From an uncultured virus (IMG/VR IMGVR_UViG_3300038317_000166) (Duplodnaviria > Heunggongvirae > Uroviricota > Caudoviricetes): a stretch of DNA of 64,000 nucleotides. Where the stretch lies: IMG/VR virus record IMGVR_UViG_3300038317_000166; one strand, written 5' to 3'. Within the stretch, counting starts at the first letter, position 1; each line of letters opens with the position of its first letter. The notes under the pieces are model-generated. The model had not been told where the DNA came from. It saw only the letters and a program-made list of their open reading frames with translations, and searched no databases. The position numbers and the translations under genes were made by a program. This document shows positions 18,175 through 28,319 of this stretch, piece by piece.

Positions 18175-19311
18175 TTATACTTTAAGGCACACACGGCCTG
18201 TTAAAAGGTCATCCATTGCGCCTTCTCTAATCTCAATCATCTTCGCTTTTTCAACTTTAAGAGATTCTATTTCTTCATCCATCACTGTTAGGATAGAAGC
18301 TATTGCTTTCTGCTCATCTTCATTTTTCGGATATCTTACTTTACATTTACCAATCTCACCTTTATTTATTTTCTTTGGTGTTGCATGGTGAAGAGTTCTA
18401 TCATCTAGCTCTTTTTTAAAGTTTTTACATTCTATATAATGATTCAAAAACTCACTATCAATTGCTATTTCTTTAAATAATGCCAGACTAACATAATATG
18501 CAATTGGTTCTGTTGTTCTAACGATGCATGACGTACCGATATCTCCAATCCTTGTCATAAGGACATCGCCTTTTTCTGGGCGAACTTTAAAATCCCTATC
18601 ATAATCAGCCTGTGATATATATTTATCTGAACTATAAATGTCTGAAATATTCTCGACACTTACAAATTTTATACCACTTACAGTGTATTTTGGGGTTTGG
18701 TGAGTCCCATCATATATATCGCATATTTTTTGCAAAGGCTCTTCTTCCCACTCACCATCAAACCCATCAAGCCTTGTCCTGCCACTGAACAAATCTTCCA
18801 AAGCACCATCTCTGATTGCTTTTTTCTTTTCAATTAGTTCAGTTAGATTGTCAATATGCTCATCAAAATCTAACAATGCTTGAACAATCTCTTTTTGCTC
18901 AGGTAAAGGAGGATATGGAAACTCCATTTTAGCTATCATATCACGTCGTACTGAATCAACTGATGATTTAGCTGTATATTTTTCAACTTCTTTCCCGAAG
19001 TTGTTTGAGAAATAATAGTAGAAGTACTTTCCATCAACATCTTGAAAATTGCTCATAACATAAACACGCTGATGTGCTGCAAATTTACCGTCAATGTAAT
19101 GAAATACCTTTCCTGTGCCTACCCCATCTCCTGCAGTTAACACAGCTTCACAATCAAAGTCCGCCACATCTATACGTTCAACAATAGGAGAACGTACAAA
19201 AAACGGATACCTTCCGTTAACCTTGTTATCTTGAGTATCTCTGCAACCAGTTGTAATATCTGCAATATTTGTAATTGTATCGCATTTCCAGCCCTCTGGA
19301 TAAGTTACCAT
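18175..19311 (-). CDS. hsdS: Type I specificity subunit
   Basis: Two TRDs, PPLPEQ and EQKAIA helices, LLTG terminus. Confidence 0.93.
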   Translation of the reverse strand: MVTYPEGWKCDTITNIADITTGCRDTQDNKVNGRYPFFVRSPIVERIDVADFDCEAVLTAGDGVGTGKVFHYIDGKFAAHQRVYVMSNFQDVDGKYFYYYFSNNFGKEVEKYTAKSSVDSVRRDMIAKMEFPYPPLPEQKEIVQALLDFDEHIDNLTELIEKKKAIRDGALEDLFSGRTRLDGFDGEWEEEPLQKICDIYDGTHQTPKYTVSGIKFVSVENISDIYSSDKYISQADYDRDFKVRPEKGDVLMTRIGDIGTSCIVRTTEPIAYYVSLALFKEIAIDSEFLNHYIECKNFKKELDDRTLHHATPKKINKGEIGKCKVRYPKNEDEQKAIASILTVMDEEIESLKVEKAKMIEIREGAMDDLLTGRVCLKV

Positions 19312-21998
19312 GTGTACCCCATCCTTTCTAAAGCAGACTTCACCTTGGCTTTTGACTGAACTGTCTTTTCTTCAATCTCTCCTAAAGTGTGCTCATAGCG
19401 TTTTGCAATCAAGACAACTCTTGAAGCAAGGGCATTCAGCACCTGGTCAATCGCATCGGCGATATCATACTCAAGCCTAGCCATCCACTTTTTGTTAAAG
19501 AGCAAATCCTTTATCTCATCAACTGATAACTCTCCATATTTAGCAAGTACTATATCATCAAGTACCTTTTGCGCCTCTTTGATAGCCTTGTCGGCTTCTT
19601 CTTTTTCTGTCATCTTAGCTTGATATGCAATTAAAGCATTATATTCATCAGCATAAAGTCCAGGTATTACTGCATTGTCGCTTGCATCTTTTAATGCTGC
19701 TTTTAACTTGGCCTTACCAAATGAACCATTCTTGTTTCTTAGCTCATAAGCCTTTAATTCACTATTAGCTTTGACTATTTTCTCCATCTCCGAAGTATTA
19801 CCGGCGTCAAATAATTCAATCAGCTTTGTGATATCGCTCATTACCGGGGATGTCTTTTTACTTTCAAGCTCCTTAATCTGCTTGTTAAGATTTGCTTTAG
19901 GAATACCGTCACCTTTTTCATTCAAGGCATTTACAAGCAGCCCATCATCCCCTGATTCTTCTTCACGCATTTCATCAAGTTCAGCTTCAAGTAAAGTAGA
20001 TTTTTCAATTAACACATTAAGAGCTAATAATTCAGTTTCAAAATACTCATGCTCGATAATTTCCCTCGATATTAAAGCTCCATCAAACGACTTCATTTTA
20101 GAAGTGTCGTCAACTTTTATTTCTTCTCCACTTTCATCTTTTGCTTTCTTTTGAGCGTAAACAAATTCAATTTCACGACCAGCCTCATATCCGCTAGCCT
20201 TAATTACATACACGTCATCTTGCATTTTCTCATTCCAGTAATTAAGTAAGAAGTCATATACATCGTAATTATCTAAAAGCTGTGCCGCTTCAAAATCTTT
20301 CAAAATTTCAATACCAATGTTGCGAATTAAGGCTTTTGGATTTGTATCTGCATTGATATTTAGCAACGAATCTTTTACTGCATTTCTCCAAGTTCGGAAT
20401 AGTTCACCACACTCGTTTTCCTTTTCATTTTTAATATTTTCATCCTCAGAGATAACAGTTTCTATCTCATTTGGTGACATAGCAAGATTATAAATGTTGT
20501 GCTTTTCATCAACACAAGTAAATATTTCTTGCTTTAATTTTGGTGATATTCTCCATAGTTTTGCTATTGAATTAATATCAACTCCTGGAATACCACCCTT
20601 AAGATGCGATGCGATGTTTTGTGGTAATGTATCATCAAGCTTTTGGATATAACGAGGCACATTTAGATTTCCATCGTTTTCTTCTAAGATCTTTTCATAG
20701 GTAACAAATTTAGAGTAACCCTCAATTTCTTCTTTATTTATGCATGTTTGTACTATCTTTTCTATATCTTGCTCGCGGAGGCGGTTCTTGTTTCCATCTT
20801 TCTTAAAACCACGGCTTGCATCCACCATAAAGATACCTTCACGTTTATCAGCATTCTCTTTATCAATTATGATGATGCTAGCAGGAATTCCTGTACCATA
20901 AAATAAGTTTGCCGGTAAACCAACTATACCCTTGATGTATCGCTTATCAAGAACTGATTTTCTAATAGTCTCTTCTACATTCCCTCTAAACAGCACACCG
21001 TGTGGCAGAATGATCCCAGCCTTACCGTGGTCGCTATCCAATGCCTTTAAGACGTGTAAAAACCAAGCATAGTCACCATTCTTCTCTGGTGGAATGCCAA
21101 AGCCGTCAAATCTCTTGAATTTATCTTCTGATGGTTTAATTCCATCAGTCCAATCCTTATCGGAAAATGGTGGATTCATTACAATAAAGTCAAATTTTTT
21201 AAGCCCACCAAAATCATCCGTATATGCTGGGTTTGCTAATGTATTACCACTCTTGATTTCACCTGTACCTTTGTTATGTAGGATAAAATTCATCTTTGCT
21301 AAACCTGCAGTATCAGGATATTTTTCTTGACCAAATATTGTAACAATAGAATCACCATTTTCATCAGTAGGAGCTTCATCTGCTGCACGAATTAGTAGAG
21401 AACCACTACCCGCCGCGGGATCGTGAAGCGTCCATTTCTTACCTGCCTCTTGCTTAATATCTCCTATACCAATAAGTCTAGCGATAATACGTGATACCTC
21501 ACTAGGTGTATAAAATTGCCCCTTGCTCTTACCGGACTCCTGAGCAAATTTCATCATGAAGTATTCATAAGCATCTCCGATGATGTCATCTCCACTAGCT
21601 CTGTTACTTTTAAAGTCAATAGCAGGGTTTTGGAATATGGCAATTAGCCCAGAGACTTTATCTACAAGTTCCTTACCAGAACCAAGTTCGTCTGGGTTGT
21701 TAAAACTAACATCTGGAAGAGAGCCTTGAAGACGGTTTTCCTCTAAGAATTTTTGGATAATCTTATCTACTCGTTCACCAACGTCACTTTTACCTTTTGC
21801 AGCAATCAAATCATCAAATGACGCACCTTCATTTACTGTAAATTCAGCGAATCTTTGTCCCTTGTATCTATCTGATACGTATTTGAAAAACAATAGCACT
21901 AGTACATAATCTTTGTACCTTGATGGCTCAACTCCACCTCTTAATTTATTACAAGCATCCCATAAAAGGGAATACAATTCAGATTTTTTCACGGCCAT
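19305..21998 (-). CDS. hsdM: Type I methyltransferase with a long C-terminal extension
   Basis: GQFYTP, DPAAGSGS, NPPF, LPHGVLFRG. Confidence 0.96.
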   Translation of the reverse strand: MAVKKSELYSLLWDACNKLRGGVEPSRYKDYVLVLLFFKYVSDRYKGQRFAEFTVNEGASFDDLIAAKGKSDVGERVDKIIQKFLEENRLQGSLPDVSFNNPDELGSGKELVDKVSGLIAIFQNPAIDFKSNRASGDDIIGDAYEYFMMKFAQESGKSKGQFYTPSEVSRIIARLIGIGDIKQEAGKKWTLHDPAAGSGSLLIRAADEAPTDENGDSIVTIFGQEKYPDTAGLAKMNFILHNKGTGEIKSGNTLANPAYTDDFGGLKKFDFIVMNPPFSDKDWTDGIKPSEDKFKRFDGFGIPPEKNGDYAWFLHVLKALDSDHGKAGIILPHGVLFRGNVEETIRKSVLDKRYIKGIVGLPANLFYGTGIPASIIIIDKENADKREGIFMVDASRGFKKDGNKNRLREQDIEKIVQTCINKEEIEGYSKFVTYEKILEENDGNLNVPRYIQKLDDTLPQNIASHLKGGIPGVDINSIAKLWRISPKLKQEIFTCVDEKHNIYNLAMSPNEIETVISEDENIKNEKENECGELFRTWRNAVKDSLLNINADTNPKALIRNIGIEILKDFEAAQLLDNYDVYDFLLNYWNEKMQDDVYVIKASGYEAGREIEFVYAQKKAKDESGEEIKVDDTSKMKSFDGALISREIIEHEYFETELLALNVLIEKSTLLEAELDEMREEESGDDGLLVNALNEKGDGIPKANLNKQIKELESKKTSPVMSDITKLIELFDAGNTSEMEKIVKANSELKAYELRNKNGSFGKAKLKAALKDASDNAVIPGLYADEYNALIAYQAKMTEKEEADKAIKEAQKVLDDIVLAKYGELSVDEIKDLLFNKKWMARLEYDIADAIDQVLNALASRVVLIAKRYEHTLGEIEEKTVQSKAKVKSALERMGYTW

Positions 21999-22029
21999 TC
22001 ATTTAACCTCTCTCATTATTAATATTTTC

Positions 22030-22242
22030 TTAGTATTCTGTTATGTCAATTCCTGCTTTCAATAGCCTTTCATATCTCTCGTGGGAGATAAGAACAGCTA
22101 CTGGTTTTCCGTTTTTTAGCACAAAAGCAGTTTTATCTTCATCAGATAATCCAGTGATTAACTTCGATGATTGTCCTCTTAGAAAATCAGACATATTATA
22201 AAATTCCATTGGCTGTTTTAGGGTTTTATCTTCTTTTCCCAT
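22030..22242 (-). CDS. Phd/YefM-family protein, no adjacent toxin
   Basis: MSDF..SSKLI..FVLKNGKPVAVLIS..YE. Confidence 0.8.
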   Translation of the reverse strand: MGKEDKTLKQPMEFYNMSDFLRGQSSKLITGLSDEDKTAFVLKNGKPVAVLISHERYERLLKAGIDITEY

Positions 22243-22265
22243 GGCTAATCCCACCTTTCCTTTTT

Positions 22266-22294
22266 ATTATATCACAAATAGACGCTTATATAAA
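22266..22294 (-). promoter_or_regulatory. Sigma-A promoter of the phd-hsdMSR operon
   Basis: TTTATA-17 bp-TATAAT with extended -10 TG. Confidence 0.65.
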
Positions 22295-22591
22295 CTCTTA
22301 TTTGCACCTAAAAAGTAATTACTATTTACACTTATTATTCTAATTCTTGATTTTGCATTGGTACATGCATTTTGTCAACTTAATCTCATTTTTACAGCAA
22401 TTCTATCCACTCGCCACCTTTTTGACAGTAATATCGTCAACTCAGTAGCAAGAAGTAATAATGTCCACACAACCTTGCGTTTTTATGGCTTTAGATATGT
22501 TCTTACAATAAAGAAATCCGCGACCTTGAACCCAGCTTGAATATGTGTTCAAAATCACGGAAATCCCTTTATATCAAGCACTTTTATACTC

Positions 22592-22658
22592 TTATTTCTC
22601 AACCCTTGACATCAATACAACCGTCTCAACGTGGAACGATAGCATCAGATTGATGTCA
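22592..22658 (-). mobile_element. rlmD: att junction between the two elements; rlmD (rumA) 3' end fragment
   Basis: Minus strand encodes HVETVVLMSRVEK*; perfect 10-bp inverted repeat TGACATCAAT (22607-22616) / ATTGATGTCA (22649-22658) centred on the His codon. Confidence 0.8.
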
Positions 22659-22796
22659 GGTATGTGTTTTACTGATTTTCCGTACAAGGGAATAGGTCGA
22701 TAGTGGATTTTATGGGTACTCTCTGTTCAAGGGAACAGTTCAACAGTTTTTATCCGTTCGTGGGAACAAGTCGATATATGATTTATTCCATAGTCG

Positions 22797-23312
22797 TTAT
22801 TGACCCATAGCTGTCTTGACAGACTCATAATCCCAATAATGCTTGCCGTCTACCATCTTTTGCATTGCAGCGTGCGTACCATATGCTTTAATGGCGTCAG
22901 GGCATTTGCTTTTGTCGACAGTTGCTGCGTTATACAGGACAACAAGTTTGATGTTTTCGCTATCTCGGACAGCCTTTTTGCATTCATACTCGATAAAGCT
23001 ATCATTACTGACTGTATGGCCCGTTTTACACTTGCCGTTATCGTAGTTCGAACAATATGTACACTCGCCGGATCTCCGGCTTTTTGTGCCACTACCAACG
23101 ATTAGAACGAATGTCTTTGAAGCATCCATCCTCGTTGCAAGAGATGCTTTGATGCTGCAATTAAGACTATTGTCTCGTGCTTGAGTTAGGTCGTGTGCGT
23201 CTGTAAAAGACAGGCTCCATTTCTTGCCGTCATTCCATGCGTTCAATTGGTCGATAGCGTTTTTATCACCGTCCCAGTCTGCTGCGATGTATGTTTTAGT
23301 TCTGTAAGCCAT
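22797..23312 (-). CDS. thsB: Thoeris TIR protein (second copy), with a Cys-rich insert
   Basis: TYIAADWD, SIK..L..RM..SKTFVLIVG, IEYE; adjacent to thsA. Confidence 0.8.
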   Translation of the reverse strand: MAYRTKTYIAADWDGDKNAIDQLNAWNDGKKWSLSFTDAHDLTQARDNSLNCSIKASLATRMDASKTFVLIVGSGTKSRRSGECTYCSNYDNGKCKTGHTVSNDSFIEYECKKAVRDSENIKLVVLYNAATVDKSKCPDAIKAYGTHAAMQKMVDGKHYWDYESVKTAMGQ

Positions 23313-23383
23313 TATAATTATCCCTCAATTCATAAAAATTTTTATTATAACGTTTAAAGCCACGTCAAGTCATGAGAGGTGCC

Positions 23384-24214
23384 TCATGTTTCAAGGTCCT
23401 TCAATTTTTGCAAGTTTATCTTTTCACTCTTTTTCTCCCAGACAACAATCTTGACCTTAGACGGATATGTAAATTTGATTCTGCTTAATTTGAATGTCCA
23501 GATTATAAGCTCCAGCAGTTCTTGGTCAGATATGCTTTCGTAGTCCCTAAAACGGGTAATCCCAGAGCCTAATACTGGCAACGCTAAAGTCCTTTCGTTA
23601 TAGACGCTGTCTACCTCGTTCCAAAATGCAAGCAGGCAGCTAATGTAGTCGGATATCTCGAGGAAAGCTTTGTTGTTCGCGTCAAAGCGTGACAGCGCAA
23701 TCAACAGACATTCTTCTGCCATGCAGACGGTTCCGAGCTTGTATTTCGTTTTCTTGCCCGCCGGTCGCGTGGGGTTTTCTCCTGCGATCATCTCCGGTAA
23801 ATGCTCGTCTGCAGCAATGATATCGTCAAGAGCATCCACCCGTCCGGCGTATAATTTTTCGATGAACTGCCCGTGCAGAGATCGCTTCGAAATTATTTTG
23901 TCATCTACCTGCGTATCAAAATACTCGTTAAAAGAGATGGCCTTGAGTTCTGCAGAATCCTCAAAGATGTCGCCAAAATATACCTCTATCTCAGAATTGT
24001 TTATCTTTAGCCGAATGCTGCGCCGTACATTCGCGTGGATCCAGATCCCGATGTAAACGAGGATGATTGCGCCAAGTGCCACTATGCCTGCGATCGGTTT
24101 ATCCTTGTCCTCTATGTCGGCAAACAAAAATACAATAGAAGTGATTACGCTTATCGCGCCTAAAAAAGCATAGAATTTGTTTAGCACTCTCTTGTCAAGA
24201 GGAGATACTTTCAT
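23384..24214 (-). CDS. thsA: Type II Thoeris effector (two TM helices plus Macro domain)
   Basis: Two hydrophobic helices, GDIF, FNEYFDT.VDD.IIS..SLHG, PVLGSGITR. Confidence 0.88.
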   Translation of the reverse strand: MKVSPLDKRVLNKFYAFLGAISVITSIVFLFADIEDKDKPIAGIVALGAIILVYIGIWIHANVRRSIRLKINNSEIEVYFGDIFEDSAELKAISFNEYFDTQVDDKIISKRSLHGQFIEKLYAGRVDALDDIIAADEHLPEMIAGENPTRPAGKKTKYKLGTVCMAEECLLIALSRFDANNKAFLEISDYISCLLAFWNEVDSVYNERTLALPVLGSGITRFRDYESISDQELLELIIWTFKLSRIKFTYPSKVKIVVWEKKSEKINLQKLKDLET

Positions 24215-24765
24215 TCAACAAACCCCCAGTCAATGTAAGATTGGCGGTTGTAATAGTTCTTTCCGCTGGATAGATGTTTGCCATTTACATAAAATTGAGA
24301 AATGGCGTCGAAAATAGGTTCTTTTTTAAAAGCAATATGTATTGCCTCTACGCCAGCGTTACCAATTCGCTCGGCGAGCGTTTTTGGCCAGAGGTTGCTT
24401 AAGGCATCAACGTCACAGATTGCTGAATATCCAGGATATGCGATAATCAAAGGAATCTTATAATTATCGATTGCTTGCTCTATTTCATACGAAAGAACGC
24501 TACCCGTATATCGTGTATCTTTCGTAAGGATTACGAGCATATTCTTTGATGCTCGTAATCGTTCCTGAATCCGAGCATAAAGTGTTGCTTTTGCACTTGA
24601 GTCTCGTACAGCATATGTCTTTTCGTGGCTGTTGGTAATGTTAAACTCTATATTTTTATTTGCACTCCAAGCTTGTATGGTTGCGTAATATTTAAAATCA
24701 GACTTGGCAGGGTCAGTTTCGCCTAAACCATCAAAGGCGACATAAGTTCCTGTTCTATTTGCCAT
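24211..24765 (-). CDS. thsB: Thoeris TIR protein (first copy)
   Basis: YVAFDG, HEKT..VRDSS, RL..SKN, YEIEQA, PLIIAY; RBS precedes ATG at 24765. Confidence 0.85.
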   Translation of the reverse strand: MANRTGTYVAFDGLGETDPAKSDFKYYATIQAWSANKNIEFNITNSHEKTYAVRDSSAKATLYARIQERLRASKNMLVILTKDTRYTGSVLSYEIEQAIDNYKIPLIIAYPGYSAICDVDALSNLWPKTLAERIGNAGVEAIHIAFKKEPIFDAISQFYVNGKHLSSGKNYYNRQSYIDWGFVE

Positions 24766-24862
24766 AATCAAATCCCCCTTACTCCACGCCAAAGCTTTAA
24801 ACACAGCTTTCTGCGGTGTATTGTAAATATCAGACTCCGATAATGCCCTCCTTGCATCGTTA

Positions 24863-25921
24863 TTAAATTGCACCAAAGTGCTCTTCCACAATCCTGTTGA
24901 GCTGCGCAGCGATTTCTACAAATTCCAAATTCAAGTCCAGCGTTTTTACACTTATTTTATTACCGCTCATCTGATAAGCATTGTCCGGCTGGATTGTTTC
25001 GTCGGTTTTGGCGTACAGAAGCATTCCCGATACTTTATGTGGTTTCTCTCCAAATTCTGAGTCTTTATTTTTCACATAGGTGAATATCTGGTACAGATTG
25101 CTGGAATGAAGGGTATGCACGTCAAATTGAACCTGTGTCGTATGTGTATAGTATTTTGCGTCGATAATCAGCACTTCGTTTCCCCTGGCAAGAGTAATAT
25201 CGCTTTGCATTATTGGAAGCATTGTACCGATGCCATCGTCCAATGCCCATGGTATCTGCGATGCGTTTACATTCAATGCTGGAAATTCCTTGCTGTAGTA
25301 TTCCACGATAAATTTCTCATAAAGACGGCACATCCGCTGCTCATCGACAAACGATGCGAGCTTATATTCTCCTTGTTCCGTTGTCTGAAGCATTCCTTGC
25401 AGAATAAGCTGGCAAATACTGATGAGCATACGGTAGGTCTGGTTGTTTCTTTGAAACCGGATTGTTGCCCATTTTATAGATGATGGCTCCAATGTGTCCA
25501 CGTTTGAAAAAAACAGCATTTCTTTCTTAAGAGCATCCTTGTGTTCGCTATCAACCTTTGAAAGACGAAGCAGGATCATCACGGTCGTTTTTAGAATTTG
25601 ATTTAACAGGTTATTTTCTGATAGGTCGTCGTACTCGCAGGACAAAACCTGCTGGCGAGCAATTTTGTTTTTGATAGTGCCTGAAATATCGATTTTGCCA
25701 TGCATAACCGCCATGTTTTCTGTCTTATTCAGATACTCACGATATAAACCCTGCTTCAATTGCTGCCCGATGCCTTTAGCGAGAATCGCAGCAAAGAGAT
25801 TGTGCATATTCTCAAATTCCTCAGTCGCCACATCCTCAAAATTTGACTGATTCAGAGTGGTGAATGCATAGGAAAGCATATAGTATATGTTCTTGATAAA
25901 GATACTCTTATCCTTAATCAT
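24863..25921 (-). CDS. mcrC: McrC nuclease subunit
   Basis: NIYYMLSYA, LYEKF, SDI..IIDAKYY, NLYQIFTY. Confidence 0.93.
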   Translation of the reverse strand: MIKDKSIFIKNIYYMLSYAFTTLNQSNFEDVATEEFENMHNLFAAILAKGIGQQLKQGLYREYLNKTENMAVMHGKIDISGTIKNKIARQQVLSCEYDDLSENNLLNQILKTTVMILLRLSKVDSEHKDALKKEMLFFSNVDTLEPSSIKWATIRFQRNNQTYRMLISICQLILQGMLQTTEQGEYKLASFVDEQRMCRLYEKFIVEYYSKEFPALNVNASQIPWALDDGIGTMLPIMQSDITLARGNEVLIIDAKYYTHTTQVQFDVHTLHSSNLYQIFTYVKNKDSEFGEKPHKVSGMLLYAKTDETIQPDNAYQMSGNKISVKTLDLNLEFVEIAAQLNRIVEEHFGAI

Positions 25922-28308
25922 TGAAATACACCACGCAGAATGTTTTCCCAGCGCTGCAACTTACCACTGTCATCGAACCAGTATTCACTCAGCATCGGTA
26001 AAATGTCATAGTCAATAATGGAGTGCATCCATTCGTCAGTGCAGACGGTCTGCCCGCAAAAATAGCTATGCCCAATACAGAATCCTTTACCGAGGGATTT
26101 GTCAAGCGCGATTTCCTTGTTAAGCTCTTTTACACGTTCGATAAGAGTGTTGAATGTTTCATTATTCAAACCATTTTGGTATTTTACAAAGCCTTCGGAG
26201 TCAAAGCCCGGCTCGATTTCAAAGAAGCTGAAACGACGGCGGAGGGCATAATCAATCATAGCAAGACTGCGGTCAGCAGTATTCATCATGCCAATAATAT
26301 AAAGGTTCTTTGGCACAGCAAACGACAAGCCGTTATATGCAAGTGTGGCTTTCGTGCCACGATAATCACACTCAATCAACATAAGCAATTCGCCGAAGAT
26401 TTTACTCATATTGCCACGATTGATTTCGTCTATGATAAAGAAGAAGTCCTTGTCCGGCTGGTTTGCAGCCTTCTGGCAGAAACGATAGAAGATGCCATAT
26501 TTTAGTTCGAATCCGTCATTCACAGGCTTATAGCCCATCATAAAATCTTCGTAAGAGTAATTCTGGTGGAACTGGACGAATTCAATGCGGTTTTCGTCCT
26601 TTTCTCCAATCATCGAGTATGCGAGGCGCTTTGCTGCGAAAGTTTTCCCGACACCGGGTGCCCCCTGCAGAATAATGTTCTTTTTGTTTTTCAGGACAGA
26701 AAGCAGCATATCATAGCGGCTCTCTGTCATGTAAACCTCATTAAGGAAGTCCGCCTTGTCATACTTTTCTGATTTTTCTTCTTGAACAAGTGGATTTTCA
26801 TCCCGAATCATATCGACGATAAAATCATACTCGCCCTTTGTCAGCTTAAACAAGCTGCCTTGGGGATTGCTGAAATACTCCATTCTCTCCAGCTCAGAGC
26901 AGCTTTTCAGCGTTTGATAATCAATCGGCGAGGAAAGCCCCTCGATTTTTTCAAAATAGATTTTCTCACCATCTTGTTCCGCACTAACTTTGCCAATCGC
27001 CACAATTTGTTTAACCGGGTTCGATTCATAGCCAATTATCATGTCTCCGGCTTTTGCATCCAAGAAATTTTGAAAAATGCGACGTTTGTTGCCATTGTCA
27101 TTATAGAGTGTATACGACTGTACTTCACCAACAGCAATTTCCGAAAAACTCCATATTTTCGGATTTGCATTAAGCCACCAATAGCCATGTTCCTCTTCAC
27201 CTGGAGCTGCAGCAACGTACAATTCCACTTGGCTTAGGTCAACCTTATCGAGGGCAGCAGATAATTCGTCTCGTAGTTTCCATATATAGCTGCCAGATTC
27301 ATCTTTACCAGCATTTCGTCCAACATACAGAATCGGCCACCAGCGAGAGTTTTCTTCATCTCTATCCATTACAGGACAGCCGGTTTTTTCTGCAATACGA
27401 CGTGCCAAAGCAGAAGAACCGCTATTATAGAAGTTCTTCGTTTCACCGTATTTGATAGAGAGCTGGGTACATGTAGCCTGCCCGCCGTAGTCCTTCATAC
27501 GCTTCATGATTTCAAGGCTCCCGGTTGTAAACACATCGGGGTCATTAAGTAGTTCTACCCACTCATCGACAGAAATGTTTGGCGTGTAATCTGTTGGAAA
27601 CCAGTCGTCAGTGGCTACGGATTCTTTCTGGGAAAAGTAGCGACTGATGTAAAAGCCGATATCAATTGTAAGCGTTCTGTATTCCGGGTCTGGATAGCAA
27701 TCCCCCGTTAGCTGGGATTTAAGCAGACTTACAAGTTCTTCATCTTTTTTGATTTCCGCACATAGCTCATCATAGAAATTATAGAAATTGCGCAAATTGT
27801 CCGCATATGCGCCTTTCTTGAATCGATAATCGCTGCCGAGTTCATCTGCAACAGTTTTTATCTCGCCATATTTATAAATATAGTATTTGTCGGGATAACG
27901 CAGCCATAAGTAGGTGCTGACGGCATTTTCATACTGATAATGCTGTCCTGCGCCGTTGCCATACTTTTCGAGCAGAATGGATGACTGGTCTTTAAAATCT
28001 GTAATTCTGGTAACGACATCCTTGCTTTCATCAAACAAAGCAAGGAACATCGCCCGTACTTCTTCAGGAGCCGTTTCCGCAAATTTCTCAATCATTCGCG
28101 CAGGAAAGTTATTCATGGACGCAAGCAAATTATATGTTTTTGAAAGGGAAAGAGTCAGCATGGCGGCAAAATCCGCTGCATTCACATCCCAATTGTCCTG
28201 AAAGAATTTTACTGCTTCCCACTTGTATTTCTCGTTTCCCCATTGGTTAGAAACGAAATTCTGCTTGTATTTTACAAGAGCGTCCTGCAAACGGAATTTC
28301 TCAAACAT
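25918..28308 (-). CDS. mcrB: McrB AAA+ GTPase with an extended N-terminus including an EVE-like domain
   Basis: GAPGVGKT, QFHQNYSYEDF, IDEINR, MNTADRS, ALRRRF; YWWLNANP EVE-like start. Confidence 0.93.
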   Translation of the reverse strand: MFEKFRLQDALVKYKQNFVSNQWGNEKYKWEAVKFFQDNWDVNAADFAAMLTLSLSKTYNLLASMNNFPARMIEKFAETAPEEVRAMFLALFDESKDVVTRITDFKDQSSILLEKYGNGAGQHYQYENAVSTYLWLRYPDKYYIYKYGEIKTVADELGSDYRFKKGAYADNLRNFYNFYDELCAEIKKDEELVSLLKSQLTGDCYPDPEYRTLTIDIGFYISRYFSQKESVATDDWFPTDYTPNISVDEWVELLNDPDVFTTGSLEIMKRMKDYGGQATCTQLSIKYGETKNFYNSGSSALARRIAEKTGCPVMDRDEENSRWWPILYVGRNAGKDESGSYIWKLRDELSAALDKVDLSQVELYVAAAPGEEEHGYWWLNANPKIWSFSEIAVGEVQSYTLYNDNGNKRRIFQNFLDAKAGDMIIGYESNPVKQIVAIGKVSAEQDGEKIYFEKIEGLSSPIDYQTLKSCSELERMEYFSNPQGSLFKLTKGEYDFIVDMIRDENPLVQEEKSEKYDKADFLNEVYMTESRYDMLLSVLKNKKNIILQGAPGVGKTFAAKRLAYSMIGEKDENRIEFVQFHQNYSYEDFMMGYKPVNDGFELKYGIFYRFCQKAANQPDKDFFFIIDEINRGNMSKIFGELLMLIECDYRGTKATLAYNGLSFAVPKNLYIIGMMNTADRSLAMIDYALRRRFSFFEIEPGFDSEGFVKYQNGLNNETFNTLIERVKELNKEIALDKSLGKGFCIGHSYFCGQTVCTDEWMHSIIDYDILPMLSEYWFDDSGKLQRWENILRGVFQ

Positions 28309-28319
28309 GATACCCCTCC

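Larger units (their letters stand above)
1..22632 (-). mobile_element. Left prophage-like element (partial, decaying)
   Basis: Co-oriented cargo and phage genes starting at the rlmD att site; two inactivated core genes. Confidence 0.8.
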
